A DNA stretch of 64,000 nt, taken from IMG/VR virus record IMGVR_UViG_3300026442_000101. One strand, written 5' to 3'. This DNA comes from a virus. Lineage: Duplodnaviria; Caudoviricetes. The notes below the pieces were generated by a model that saw only the letters and a program-made list of their open reading frames with translations, was not told the origin of the DNA and searched no databases. This document shows positions 46,601 through 54,695 of this stretch, piece by piece (position 1 is the first letter of the stretch; each line of letters begins with the position of its first letter). A program made the translations under genes and the position numbers.

Positions 46601-47413
46601 AAACACGTCGGCAACGGAACTGACAAGATGTCTCAGACCAAGGGCGATGGTGGTAACATCGTTCTTAAGCCTAACGCGTCTATCTTCTACAAGGACTACA
46701 AGTCCGGCAACCCGTCCCAGCATCGTTCGGTGCAGGAAGTGTTGATTGAGATGAATAAGCGGATGGGGATTGGTCTGAAGAAGGCTGGTCTGCCTGTAAG
46801 CGGAGCTTCGGCTCCAGAGGCAGCCGCTTCGGCAGCTGGATCGGGCGGCTCCGCTACTCCGTCCGCGGCATCTGAAGATCCAAACGCCATGGTCGCCGCT
46901 GGCGCAGCTTCGGCAGCAGCCGCAGCCGCTGGTGGTTCGTCCGGTACTCCGTCGGCAGCTCCTGCGACGGCACCAACCTCGGTTGCTTCGGCAGCAGCTC
47001 CTGGAGCAGGCACTACCGGTGTGATGCCGGTCAACGTAGCCCAGGAGATCAACAAGCCAGCCGATGGCGGTGGTTCGCTCCAAGACCAACTCGCCCCAAG
47101 CGCAGGCTTCGTCCCACCGCCTACAGCTACCCAGGCCGCTGCAGAGCAATCTCAGCGTCGTGGTGCAGCAGAAGCGGCAGCGAACGCCACGTCTCTGGAG
47201 TCGATCATGCAGAAGATGTACGAGATCGACATGGACTCGAACCTTCAGCTGAAAGGCATTCTGCAGCGTCTGAACGAGATGGGGAGTGTCGGCGGAAATG
47301 GAGGAGGTCAGGCCGAGCCTGTCCAATCCCAGTCGAAGCAGCAGGTCGCACGAGCACCAGAACCTCAGCAACGCAACCCGGTCAGCGTCAAGCGCGGTAA
47401 AGCGGCAGTCTGA
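40619..47413 (+). CDS. Large tail (tape-measure-like) protein with a lytic transglycosylase domain (phiKZ gp181-like)
   Basis: About 2260 aa; TESGLDPNA...AGLFQFVSGTW...LYMSHFLGLGGA near 46290-46570; Gly/Ala hydrophobic segment; start moved to MASKDE. Confidence 0.9.
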   Translation: MASKDEVNFGDGDLDDLDFGDLNFDSSDDPFAEAKDNRKPIEHFKEAVKQSAKNKLTDTGFLRRVLSKALPKGYVQALGAYDALDQGIEQIMKDNQAELNPYLVGMKRKFDLMNPNLRRLVPRSIREAADMASDRSESSSSHSSPDELTMNIQGLDGLFKAQADDRIRGEFRDAVKDTRDQKRFKAQMSVDMAAAKGIGRLVGYQDNILINYHRKHLELSYRQLDVNVRMLKASSEFYHEASGLLKAIGKNTGLPDFVKMRTTEVVEQQMKQKLAQAAFGGAAGYAQKMFKGITTNASEMLGQGLEFHSQLKSAEDFGRTKAQMAGSILGTLAGDQLGEWGEDLAGRGAEYIKPLLERFGFVKQTDNFLRRNLTGIPQRINEWAKSDTDYDSKTGLAQASLKALLDTHSTSSSISGRSIDELDKPALFDDLFHKTVTEILPAQLASIDRWVKTIATGEDQEETAWSHYTGSLVKRSTLNQQHLKIALKGAGSSLRYTVDSILTEMDANQLTPEARRALRVKLMRDLADANDFKPERYVKEEVWKNVDPSVAKEIIDFFADRFALNRETGEHSRDEEQTTYYNDVRDKFIGAQSGLPDITTRMDIMSKVVGRRTWRELGLTDWDGQDSDRIRLDELFDKLVNEAEEKDLTKKDEKKLSAKERAKKRFEEEQKKKRESEGVYDVDDDRDLRGKFGPRPDSKGPQPYVWAPGMSPPSAPGPVTVKVTAPEMYKTADEETHKRLDALIELATALADGNGKLNENTFLGVEYLDLIASLMQSQGQGGEDGEGGPAPTPGPGGSRRITLGGILGWGAKTGYKAARGAAKGFAAYTKFAYGTIFKGLNFARKAAWGAAKFPFKRLDGFGVSDIHVMGEPEPSLLAKGIRNGWYFDVATKKVIQSIDDITGEVKDRDGNIVLTAEEFAKGLMNGRGETIAGRAGRIGAKLTGLAAKGLAGYFGFTYGMIWKGVKKVAEIAVDQFTQFDAYFPGDEEPRIRSKLLKKGYYRDKDGAPITSLKDIKGPVFDIDGNEIISQEDIDKYKSFYSRNGSLLFTIGRGFARVGVEATKLAIKGALAYGKFVGKVYKGMWKAAKGVGRGIGTMINRLRGKGLKGQVGVLEAEMAEAAFEVGIEQLKVQTSIYELLKQKFDPESVHGDVDGDGVREYSWQDILRRRKEKAANAQANASTGGPNSDIVDAVEKMNKDMNKKLDNLAEVTEEAGENSMLENAADLADITGGGGGKDGKGGKGKGRPKRGFRSGRGIRGGIGRAAGWLGRGAMAAGSFAVSAVTSPLGWLGRGAVAAAPALASGAMAVGGAALTGAGAIGSAALSAGTAAVGVLGAPLILGAAAVGGVAYLGYRYYKSTQAKKFPLLYLRMTQYGVAPTDKDRVEKMIQLEKLCSKGVTIGGDGQASLDPERIDINAFVQLFAVKNAGDQQQLMLWLQRRFRPVFLAHCLAMQKIRNTTELSSADSGIGDGDLDTYLTTVDLPNMQEVYNDTDTSPFDSDLDTDADDVADAIKMVRDRREVKKKDADRQLAVAAAAGSAAGVKAATTLSVGKDGTDPSSIAKGVKVSAPMMGGGGAYQQRAAMMAAKQLKSLDIPTAVRFKTYGLKEFKLDKCEQLQRVEEVYWDHIEYSGTDKALITGNTDELKAKVFDIFKPADDVQRADVDRWITYRFMPAFLQYAISARRRYNGNAKDAARNLTGPLMKEVLNEVTASQTETLFSSKSVWTIANSPWPGVELETMSGSTKLYIDALDTGDSAKVLDVPGLEAQKRTEAANTEFGNRMTNVALGNTTAAGGQGNIGRTGPTLANYGKIYGSGAIAGGVQGQSTTGQGDGSLLMTGPMGTAVQHPGGGTGGDINSIPEPKDNGKAAMIAIIEAAAKMVGFDPKIAVQVAGTESGLDPNADNGIAAGLFQFVSGTWAGMLRKYGAMYGISPMASRKDPRANAILGVCYLKENYDGLKQALGKEVTDLDLYMSHFLGLGGAKRFLSAPPGDPAWKHVGNGTDKMSQTKGDGGNIVLKPNASIFYKDYKSGNPSQHRSVQEVLIEMNKRMGIGLKKAGLPVSGASAPEAAASAAGSGGSATPSAASEDPNAMVAAGAASAAAAAAGGSSGTPSAAPATAPTSVASAAAPGAGTTGVMPVNVAQEINKPADGGGSLQDQLAPSAGFVPPPTATQAAAEQSQRRGAAEAAANATSLESIMQKMYEIDMDSNLQLKGILQRLNEMGSVGGNGGGQAEPVQSQSKQQVARAPEPQQRNPVSVKRGKAAV

Positions 47414-47418
47414 TGAAC

Positions 47419-47449
47419 GTGGGCGGGTAACACCGCCCACTTCCTTTTC
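47419..47449 (+). terminator. Intrinsic terminator or attenuator
   Basis: gtgggcgg/ccgcccac stem followed by ttcctttt. Confidence 0.6.
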
Positions 47450-47463
47450 ACATCGGAGCTAGC

Positions 47464-49410
47464 ATGGCACGAAAGTATCTGCTGGATAAGCAATGGGCAG
47501 GCCACGCCTTCCTGGCGCCGCCTAGCGCTCTGACTGACGCGATCAACAACAAGCGTCGGTATTACACCTCATCGTCGAGGAAGTTCATCGATACCACTAT
47601 CGGCGGACACTTCGCGATTAACCCACTACCTCAGTTCACGGATAACTGTGACCTGAAGCACAAGCCTATCTTTTCTGCCTCGGAGGGTGTAGGTCGCTGG
47701 TGGAGTGAAGTACTGGATGACAACGCGCAGCTGATCCATATCCGCGCAGGCGTCCCCAAGTTCAACTCCATGATGAACTTCTTCGGTAACTTCTACAACG
47801 TCTACGCAGGCTCCATGGCGAGGACTGGTCGTGCGCCGTCGGTATGGTTCGAGGTGGGTCGCGTAGCAGGTTTCATTGGTACGCTTCCATTGCAGCCGTT
47901 CATTCTGGCTGGATCGATGATCAAGTTCTTCGCGAACATGCCTCGATCGAAGTACTACTACCTGAAGCCGGCCATGTACCCCTTCTGGTACTCTCTGAGC
48001 GGTTATGTGAACGCGATGTTCGTGAACCTGGGCCTTTCCCCTCGGTTTGTGAACGACCAGCAGAAACGCTTCTTTGACCCCTTGTCGGTACCGGACAAAA
48101 TCGACATCGATCAGATGCACCGGATCTTCCCGGACATCGCGATGAAGAACGGCGGTATCGATGTGTTCGCCATGTCTACCAGGGCACAGCGGTTAGCTAA
48201 CCGTTACCACGACATGGTCAACTCGGCACTCTCTGGTCTGACGTCGGATCCTGCTAAGCGTGCTGAAGAGTTCGCTCGGATCATGCAGGACGGGATCGAT
48301 GAAGGGATCAAGAAGCTGAAGGACCCTGGTGCATCGCTCTCCGAATACGAGGCGGCGTATCTGGCGTTCTCCGGTAAGTACGATGAGAAGAAAGCAAGTC
48401 AGTCGGATGCCGATACCACCGAGCAGAGTTACGTTGACTCGATGGTTGAGCAAGGTAAGGCCGAAGCCCGCATGGGTGCCGACTTTGTAACCTTCCGTTG
48501 TAACTTCACTTCGAGCAACTCCGATAGCTTCAACAACCAAGCGACCGAATCGTCCATCCAGTCTGAAGTGAACGCGATGTCTTCCAAGGCACGTATGCAG
48601 CGCTTCAACTTGGCGGATGGTAACATCGCAGGGCCTGTTGGTTACGCTATCGAGATCTTCGCTGACGTCGCTAAGGGCGTCCTCGCGGCTGCTCAGGTGG
48701 AAGGCTTCATCGCTCTGGCTGGTAACGCATTCGCTGACATCCAGAAGGTCTACGAGTCTTCCTCGGCAGATCTTAACCGGACCAGCTTCACCCTACACCT
48801 GCGCTCTTGGGCAGCGGATGACTGGGTGCGTTTGCAGAACCTCTTCATCCCGCTGGGCGCAATCCTAGCCCTTGGTCTGCCTCGGGCAACCGGTCGTGCT
48901 TCCTACGACGGTCCGCCACTGCTTGAGGTGTTTAACCAAGGTCACACGATGATCCGAGAAGGTCTCGTTGAGTCCATCTCGATTGAACGTGGTGTGGGTG
49001 ACGTAGGCTGGGCTAAAGGCGGTAAGGTGCTCGGCATCGACGTGACGGTAACTATCGTCGATCTGTCGACCATCCTCTCCATGCCAATCAACCCGGGCTT
49101 TGATTCCACCTCCGGTGTAATGACCGCAGCAGCTTCAGCTCTGTTCGGTTCTGCTGGCGAGCAGGCCATGGCCGCTTTGTCCAAGTCGACGTATGGCGAG
49201 GATAACAAGTGGACAGACTACCTGGCTACTCTCGGCGCTATTCCGCTCGACGTTCACATCAACGCCACCCGTAAGTGGCAGTTGACCATGGCGCGTACGC
49301 GTGCTGCGTTCGACCAGTGGAAGTCCCCGTATCACATGACCTCCGGTCTGATGTCGGGTATGCCGGGCGAGTTGATCAAAATGATCTCTCAACCAACCGA
49401 TCGTTCGTAA
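47464..49410 (+). CDS. Tail tip / baseplate hub-like protein (phiKZ gp182-like)
   Basis: 648 aa directly after the gp181-like gene; SIERGVGDVGW motif. Confidence 0.7.
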   Translation: MARKYLLDKQWAGHAFLAPPSALTDAINNKRRYYTSSSRKFIDTTIGGHFAINPLPQFTDNCDLKHKPIFSASEGVGRWWSEVLDDNAQLIHIRAGVPKFNSMMNFFGNFYNVYAGSMARTGRAPSVWFEVGRVAGFIGTLPLQPFILAGSMIKFFANMPRSKYYYLKPAMYPFWYSLSGYVNAMFVNLGLSPRFVNDQQKRFFDPLSVPDKIDIDQMHRIFPDIAMKNGGIDVFAMSTRAQRLANRYHDMVNSALSGLTSDPAKRAEEFARIMQDGIDEGIKKLKDPGASLSEYEAAYLAFSGKYDEKKASQSDADTTEQSYVDSMVEQGKAEARMGADFVTFRCNFTSSNSDSFNNQATESSIQSEVNAMSSKARMQRFNLADGNIAGPVGYAIEIFADVAKGVLAAAQVEGFIALAGNAFADIQKVYESSSADLNRTSFTLHLRSWAADDWVRLQNLFIPLGAILALGLPRATGRASYDGPPLLEVFNQGHTMIREGLVESISIERGVGDVGWAKGGKVLGIDVTVTIVDLSTILSMPINPGFDSTSGVMTAAASALFGSAGEQAMAALSKSTYGEDNKWTDYLATLGAIPLDVHINATRKWQLTMARTRAAFDQWKSPYHMTSGLMSGMPGELIKMISQPTDRS

Positions 49411-49450
49411 ACAGCATAGAGGCCGGGGAACTTCCCCGGCCCTTATGTCA
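49411..49450. terminator. Bidirectional hairpin element, copy 2
   Basis: acagcatagaggccgggga-act-tccccggcccttatgtca. Confidence 0.75.
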
Positions 49451-50458
49451 CGTCGGAATGTAAGCGTCGGGATACATGCCTTTGATCACATCGACCACAC
49501 CACGCGGCTGTTTACCTTTTGCTGCCATCGTCCGAGTCTTGTGGGGCTCGTAGAGATAGAACAAAGTCTTCGCATCGACACTGGCCGAGATGTAAGGACC
49601 GAGGTTCGCCACGTATACGCCGCCCCGCAGATACTCGCTCCAGTGAGCATTGATCTTTGTCAGCAGAGTGGTCAGCTCGGTAAACTTGGCAGGATACTTA
49701 TCGACCGTGTCGTTAGTCCCGAAGAAGAAGCCGGCCAGGATCGAGTTGATCGCATCAGGGTTGTTCTCAAGGAACTTGGTAAGACCGATCTCGTTGATGA
49801 TCTTATCGATCATCGCAAGGTCGGATCCGTTTACGGCCGTAGTCGAAATGTAAGCCCAGGCGTTAGCTCTGACGCGTTCGTCACGAGCCTGCTGGATAGC
49901 CTCATCGACCAGCTCAGGAATGCCGAACGACATCAGCTCGTTAGCGAGTCCTGCGATCAGTGCAGACTCAGCCTCAAGGTTTACGAACTGAGCCAGCTCA
50001 CTATTACCAGTCAGCTCACTGACGAACTCGAGCAGACTCTGAGCATCGTTTACATCAGCTACTGAGATCAGCGTGGAAGCGTTGTTGTACAGGACACTGA
50101 TGAACTTCTTCGCATCGTCGCTGATGTAGTCGCCCGCAACACTTTCGAGCTTGTTCTTGAGCGTACCGCCCAGAGTACCAAGAAGGCTAGGCAGACTGCT
50201 ACCAAAAGCACCCAGAGTACGACCGAGCATGTCGACTTTATCGACGTTACCATTCTTCGCAGCTTGCAGAATACTGGCCAACTCACGGACAGACCCCTTG
50301 TTGGCGTACATTCCTTTGACGGCATCTTTATAGATACCTTTCGATGCTTCGAATACACTGTTGCGCGTTTCGTTCGTAGAGATCTTGTAAGCATCCTCCA
50401 CGATCATCGCGTCGCGGGAGTTGCCCTGGAAAATAGTGTTTGCTAATGCGCCCGGCAT
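49448..50458 (-). CDS. Probable virion structural protein
   Basis: Start MPGALA with GAGGGG SD; synteny. Confidence 0.65.
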   Translation of the reverse strand: MPGALANTIFQGNSRDAMIVEDAYKISTNETRNSVFEASKGIYKDAVKGMYANKGSVRELASILQAAKNGNVDKVDMLGRTLGAFGSSLPSLLGTLGGTLKNKLESVAGDYISDDAKKFISVLYNNASTLISVADVNDAQSLLEFVSELTGNSELAQFVNLEAESALIAGLANELMSFGIPELVDEAIQQARDERVRANAWAYISTTAVNGSDLAMIDKIINEIGLTKFLENNPDAINSILAGFFFGTNDTVDKYPAKFTELTTLLTKINAHWSEYLRGGVYVANLGPYISASVDAKTLFYLYEPHKTRTMAAKGKQPRGVVDVIKGMYPDAYIPT

Positions 50459-50490
50459 GGCGAACCCCTCTGTTAGATACACAGCATGGA

Positions 50491-50535
50491 CAAAAAAAAG
50501 AAAGGAGGGGTACGGAGCGGTTTCCCGCTCCGTAC
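50491..50535 (-). terminator. Intrinsic terminator
   Basis: gtacggagcgg/ccgctccgtac stem followed by a T-run. Confidence 0.75.
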
Positions 50536-50540
50536 TTGAC

Positions 50541-50990
50541 TCATCTGCCGATGGCGATGTCGTTGCGAATTTCTTCGAGCATACCGCAGAAGACCTTTGA
50601 CGACTTCGGCACGACGACTTTGCCGTTGTACACGTAGTAGTGCTCGAACGGTAGGATCTCTTCCCGCATGGATTGGGAAAGTTCCTCGTTCATGTCGATC
50701 TTCGCCCGGATACCGATTTTGATATCCTCGTAGAAAGTCTTGTTCCAGACCACCTCCAGCTTGGATCCGTAAGCTTTCGCTTCGAACCCATTCATGGCAC
50801 GCAAGTCTTCGTGTTGCATTCCAGTACGCAGATAGTACCAGAGACCTTCCATCGTACGGAAACGACCGTAGGTTGGATGGTTCGTGGGAATATCCGAGAG
50901 GTTGGTAACCAGCCGTCCAAAGCGGGTGACGGCCTTTGTCCAAGTGTTGATGTGCTCAACACCATCCAGTTTTGGATCTGGAAGACTCAT
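50541..50990 (-). CDS. Conserved jumbo-phage protein, NADAR/YbiA-like fold suspected
   Basis: GRLVTNL..P....GRFRTMEGLWY...PFEHYY pattern. Confidence 0.5.
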   Translation of the reverse strand: MSLPDPKLDGVEHINTWTKAVTRFGRLVTNLSDIPTNHPTYGRFRTMEGLWYYLRTGMQHEDLRAMNGFEAKAYGSKLEVVWNKTFYEDIKIGIRAKIDMNEELSQSMREEILPFEHYYVYNGKVVVPKSSKVFCGMLEEIRNDIAIGR

Positions 50991-51421
50991 TTACCCTCCT
51001 CCTCGTCTTCACCTTCCACAGGTGCTGGCGGTAATATTGCGAAGCGGTTCGGCACGCGCACTGTGTGAGAGTACGTGTGGCCGGATGAAGCTTCCATTCC
51101 AATGGTGACGCTATAAACTTTCGGACCCAGTATCTGTAGCACGGTTTCAAAGCGATACCACGGAAGAGAGTCCTTCGCCAAAGCTCTGGTGAGGTTACTC
51201 TTCTCCTGATTCACTTTGATCATGTCGACTTCACCATGACGGTTGGTGTACTTCTTGCGATAGTACTTGTCCATCAGGTTATCGAACCCACCAGCCTCCA
51301 TCCCTTGAGATGCGATGATATCGCGGAACAGTTTGGCTAGCACATGACTTGTGTCATCTGCTTTCTTTTTCGGATCCTTCATTAACTCCCTGAAGGTCGA
51401 AGTTTTTGGTCGACGTGGCAT
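50987..51421 (-). CDS. Basic hypothetical protein
   Basis: K/R-rich N-terminus; ATGA-type coupling to the next gene. Confidence 0.7.
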   Translation of the reverse strand: MPRRPKTSTFRELMKDPKKKADDTSHVLAKLFRDIIASQGMEAGGFDNLMDKYYRKKYTNRHGEVDMIKVNQEKSNLTRALAKDSLPWYRFETVLQILGPKVYSVTIGMEASSGHTYSHTVRVPNRFAILPPAPVEGEDEEEGK

Positions 51422-51489
51422 AGTAAATCCTGCGGGCATGTCCGAGCTTACGGAAGCGATGGCTCGGCAATAAGGATAGGGTCTAGGTA

Positions 51490-51999
51490 CTACTGGTTAC
51501 CCAGAGTAAAGCTTGCATTCAGAACTTCGAGGGTGTCGCTTACGATCGAATAGAACTCCTTTCGCATGTAATGGTAATAGTGGTGGTTTATGTCAATCTT
51601 CTTGACTTCAAGTAGATTATGTATGACTTCCACCTTTTCCAATAACATCTCCAAGACCTTTTGGGGATGTCGGTAACCTGGCTTGATCTCGTAATAGAAA
51701 TCAGGGAGCGGATCGAGGTAACGGGTTCTACTCCTCTCGTCCCACCAGTGCGGGGTATCTTCCTCTTTGCCGATGCAGCTGATCATCATCTCGAACCGCA
51801 TGAACAACTCATCGACGTTCTTCGAGAAGACGGATAGGTTGACATCAAAGTGCGAGATGTTGATATCGGGCAGCTTGAGCAGTTTGGCCTTCTCAGCCAA
51901 TGCGAACATCCGAAGCCACGCATCATCTGGCAACGGCTCGACCACCTGTTCAGCAAACCCAAAGAATTCTTTGAACCACGAAACAAATCGTTTGAACAT
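51490..51999 (-). CDS. Hypothetical protein
   Basis: 169 aa, GGAGGGG SD. Confidence 0.75.
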   Translation of the reverse strand: MFKRFVSWFKEFFGFAEQVVEPLPDDAWLRMFALAEKAKLLKLPDINISHFDVNLSVFSKNVDELFMRFEMMISCIGKEEDTPHWWDERSRTRYLDPLPDFYYEIKPGYRHPQKVLEMLLEKVEVIHNLLEVKKIDINHHYYHYMRKEFYSIVSDTLEVLNASFTLGNQ

Positions 52000-52034
52000 A
52001 ACCCCTCCTAAGAGGGCATGGTAGGAGAATAGAG

Positions 52035-52490
52035 ATGGATCAAGAATACATCCCCAAGATCGATCCGAACATCGACGAACACAGTCTCGATCCAGGGGAC
52101 GTCGTTAAGTTTACTCAGCGCATGCGATTCCAGGCGTTCAACGAACTGACCGATAACGGCCAGAACGTCAGCAAGAACCTCGGCGATACCATGCAGCTGC
52201 TGCGTGACCTGGACGCAGCCGCACTGACCACCCGTAAGCTGAACATCGAAGAGAAGACCGTCAACGATGGTCGTCAGGCTCGCGAAAGCTTCAGCAAACT
52301 GGTGCAGATGTTTGGCGACAATCAACCCTACGAGCGTCCAGCTATTGAGGGTGAGGAAGCCCCACCCCCACGTCGCCGTTCACCGCTGCCGGAAGGTCAC
52401 GTCATCCCTCCAGTACGGTTGAATCCGGGGGAAGATGCCCAAGGCGAACAAGTTCTGTCAATCGCGAACTATATATCTGTTGAAGAATAG
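52035..52490 (+). CDS. Hypothetical helical protein with a Pro-rich tail
   Basis: 151 aa, AGGAG SD, strong codon bias. Confidence 0.75.
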   Translation: MDQEYIPKIDPNIDEHSLDPGDVVKFTQRMRFQAFNELTDNGQNVSKNLGDTMQLLRDLDAAALTTRKLNIEEKTVNDGRQARESFSKLVQMFGDNQPYERPAIEGEEAPPPRRRSPLPEGHVIPPVRLNPGEDAQGEQVLSIANYISVEE

Positions 52491-53190
52491 CCGGGTTGGT
52501 GCAAACCATCGACGGCTGCAGATATTGGAGAGCGATGAACTTCACAAGCGTCGCTGCGCGAGCGGCGAAGGGATCCTTAGCGATTTTGGTCAGCTCAGGA
52601 ATCTTCCCGCTCGATGCAATCATTGGCGTCATCAACACGGTGGTCGGTAGACGGTTCTCCGGAGGAAGCAGCGCTTCGGTATTCGGCCCCAACCAATCTT
52701 CGTGGTTGTAATAGGCCAGCAGTTCGTACGATTTCTCAACGTACTGCGGCGACAACGTCTCAGGGGACAGGTTTACCCAATTGGTTTCGCAACTGATTGG
52801 GAAATGGTGACGCAGACCCTTGACGACGTTATCAGCCTCCTGATCAGAAAGATCATAAGGCCAGATATTGATGTCGACCATGAACTGCCCAGTCAAGACA
52901 CCGCGGTCCATCTTCGCAACGCCGCCCCGTAGGTCTTTAGCGAAATGGTAGACGAACTCGGTGTGTCTGGCAAAGTACAGGTTGTCGCCTGTACGAGCAG
53001 CATAAAGATCTTTGTACTCTTGCAGGTCAATCCTGCCGCCCGTCATCTCGTCGAAGTTGTCAGTGGCTCGACGTCGGTACGCTTCAGAAGAAACCAGCTC
53101 ATCGGCGACTTGTTCGTCGATGAGCTTTAATGTGCCGTACCGGCTGTCGAGCACCATATCGATGTCGATTAGTGCCCGATGATTGCTCAT
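52402..53190 (-). CDS. HAD-like protein
   Basis: N-terminal RALIDIDMVLD (DxD motif I); TAATG coupling to the upstream gene. Confidence 0.6.
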   Translation of the reverse strand: MSNHRALIDIDMVLDSRYGTLKLIDEQVADELVSSEAYRRRATDNFDEMTGGRIDLQEYKDLYAARTGDNLYFARHTEFVYHFAKDLRGGVAKMDRGVLTGQFMVDINIWPYDLSDQEADNVVKGLRHHFPISCETNWVNLSPETLSPQYVEKSYELLAYYNHEDWLGPNTEALLPPENRLPTTVLMTPMIASSGKIPELTKIAKDPFAARAATLVKFIALQYLQPSMVCTNPAILQQIYSSRLTELVRLGHLPPDSTVLEG

Positions 53191-53663
53191 TACTTCATTA
53201 CCTGCAGTTTGTGGATCACAGACGACATGGACGAGAGGTAAAGGAACAACGCCCAAGGTTCGGAACGCAATACCTTGAAGTAGTCGTCGGCCTTAGCAGT
53301 CAGCTTGACAACTTCCGCAGGTTGCGCCTGAGAAGCCGCTGGCCAAGTCAAGCTCGCAGCCAGTCGACTGATGACGCCAGGCGAAAGCTCTTCACGGCTT
53401 TGGAAGTTGATCCCGCTACGGAATACGAACTCGTTGGTCATGGACATAACGAGCTCAGTGTCGTGACTCTTCTGCCGCAGGTAGTCGTGCAACTTGATCG
53501 CCGCAGCATTGGAATGGAGGTTGGTCCTCCAGACGACACCAAACTTCAGATCCATCGCTAGACTGAGCAAAGCTTTGGCTCGCTCGGAGTGGACCGCATG
53601 ACGGAGGAAGATATCCTCCGCCAAGTCGATCAGCTCTACGTTACTAAGCTGTCTTTCTTGCAT
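53190..53663 (-). CDS. Hypothetical protein
   Basis: Start moved to MQERQL. Confidence 0.7.
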   Translation of the reverse strand: MQERQLSNVELIDLAEDIFLRHAVHSERAKALLSLAMDLKFGVVWRTNLHSNAAAIKLHDYLRQKSHDTELVMSMTNEFVFRSGINFQSREELSPGVISRLAASLTWPAASQAQPAEVVKLTAKADDYFKVLRSEPWALFLYLSSMSSVIHKLQVMK

Positions 53664-54378
53664 CAGCTGGTACCGGAGTGGACGGGTCGAGGTTGTTACC
53701 GATGTGCATGCAGTTGAAGAACACCGATGCCGTCTTGGTGGACTTCGCAATGCCCAGGCCCATCAGCTGATCCATGCTGACTTCACCGGTCTCAACGAGG
53801 AGACGCTTGAACTCACGATAAGCTGCAGTGTCACCACCGCGGATCTTCGCAAACTCGAGCATGGTGTTGTCAAGACGACGGGACAGCAGCGCGACGCCTT
53901 CTGGCGACGAGATACGGCTACCCTTGGATTCGCTGGTCGGCTGATCGGTAAGATCATCGATCCGTTGATAGTGTTCGGGAATGGAACGCTTCTTCGACAC
54001 GGTCTGTGCCTGACGACGAGCCGCCAGATCGTAAACCGGGTATTCATGAAGCGTCACGTATTCGAGCCCAGTGGCCGGATCGGTCATGACCAACCGGTGA
54101 GACAGGCTCCGACCCATCGACCTGACGATCTCGTAGTTTCGGGCAATGGATACCTTGTGCTTCGAGAGGTTGGGTAGATAGAACGGGATGACTTCGCGTT
54201 GAGCGATCTCCTCCGGTGTCCGAGCCTTCTTCAGCTTTCTGATGTAAGCTTCGAATTCGGCGTCGGACATCGCAGCGAACTTCGCCTTGAGCAGCTCAAC
54301 GTTGGACTTGTCCTCAGGAATGATCTTCCCCACGTTCTTGAGGATGAACTGAGTGACTTTCTCACGTTTCGCATTCAT
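53644..54378 (-). CDS. Virion RNA polymerase beta subunit, C-terminal part (phiKZ gp149-like)
   Basis: RRQAQTVSKK..., KGSRISSPE...TMLEFAKIRGGD matches beta GGQRFGEME...LQEMLTVKSDD. Confidence 0.82.
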   Translation of the reverse strand: MNAKREKVTQFILKNVGKIIPEDKSNVELLKAKFAAMSDAEFEAYIRKLKKARTPEEIAQREVIPFYLPNLSKHKVSIARNYEIVRSMGRSLSHRLVMTDPATGLEYVTLHEYPVYDLAARRQAQTVSKKRSIPEHYQRIDDLTDQPTSESKGSRISSPEGVALLSRRLDNTMLEFAKIRGGDTAAYREFKRLLVETGEVSMDQLMGLGIAKSTKTASVFFNCMHIGNNLDPSTPVPADARKTA

Positions 54379-54384
54379 GGCGTA

Positions 54385-54684
54385 TTACTCCGAAGGGAGA
54401 TTGAAGCGGTGCAGAGTCGGAACGACGTGAGACTGGAAGTACTTCAGCCAAGTGGCTGGGGCGAGGTCATCGCGCAGGCAGCCGCGCTCACTCATGGTGG
54501 ACACGGGAGCTTTAGCGAGCTCGAGACGGAAGTACTTGTTCAGCGACACTACCTGATCGGCGTCACACTGTCTGAAGCCGGTGTAGTTTCGACTGAAGGA
54601 CCCTGCGCCGTCAGGAGACAGCAGTTGTTCCACCTTCTCGGCCAGCGACTGCTGGCCGTTGTTACCATCATGAGCGGATGCCAT
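54385..54684 (-). CDS. Hypothetical protein
   Basis: 99 aa, AAGGA SD. Confidence 0.75.
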   Translation of the reverse strand: MASAHDGNNGQQSLAEKVEQLLSPDGAGSFSRNYTGFRQCDADQVVSLNKYFRLELAKAPVSTMSERGCLRDDLAPATWLKYFQSHVVPTLHRFNLPSE

Positions 54685-54695
54685 TGGCGTGTTCC

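Noticed and set aside
46800-47040. Repeated gcagc/gcttcggcagc words as a DNA repeat array or DGR target
   Set aside because: They encode an Ala/Ser-rich linker. There is no fixed period, no template/variable repeat pair and no reverse transcriptase.
41849-47440. 1863-aa antisense ORF opposite the large tail gene
   Set aside because: Strongly biased sense genes avoid TTA/CTA/TCA codons, which leaves the antisense frame open. The translation has no motifs and no SD. The effect recurs opposite most highly biased genes.
34600-54378. Split multisubunit RNAP and phage tubulin as a novel system
   Set aside because: Both are established features of phiKZ-like phages.
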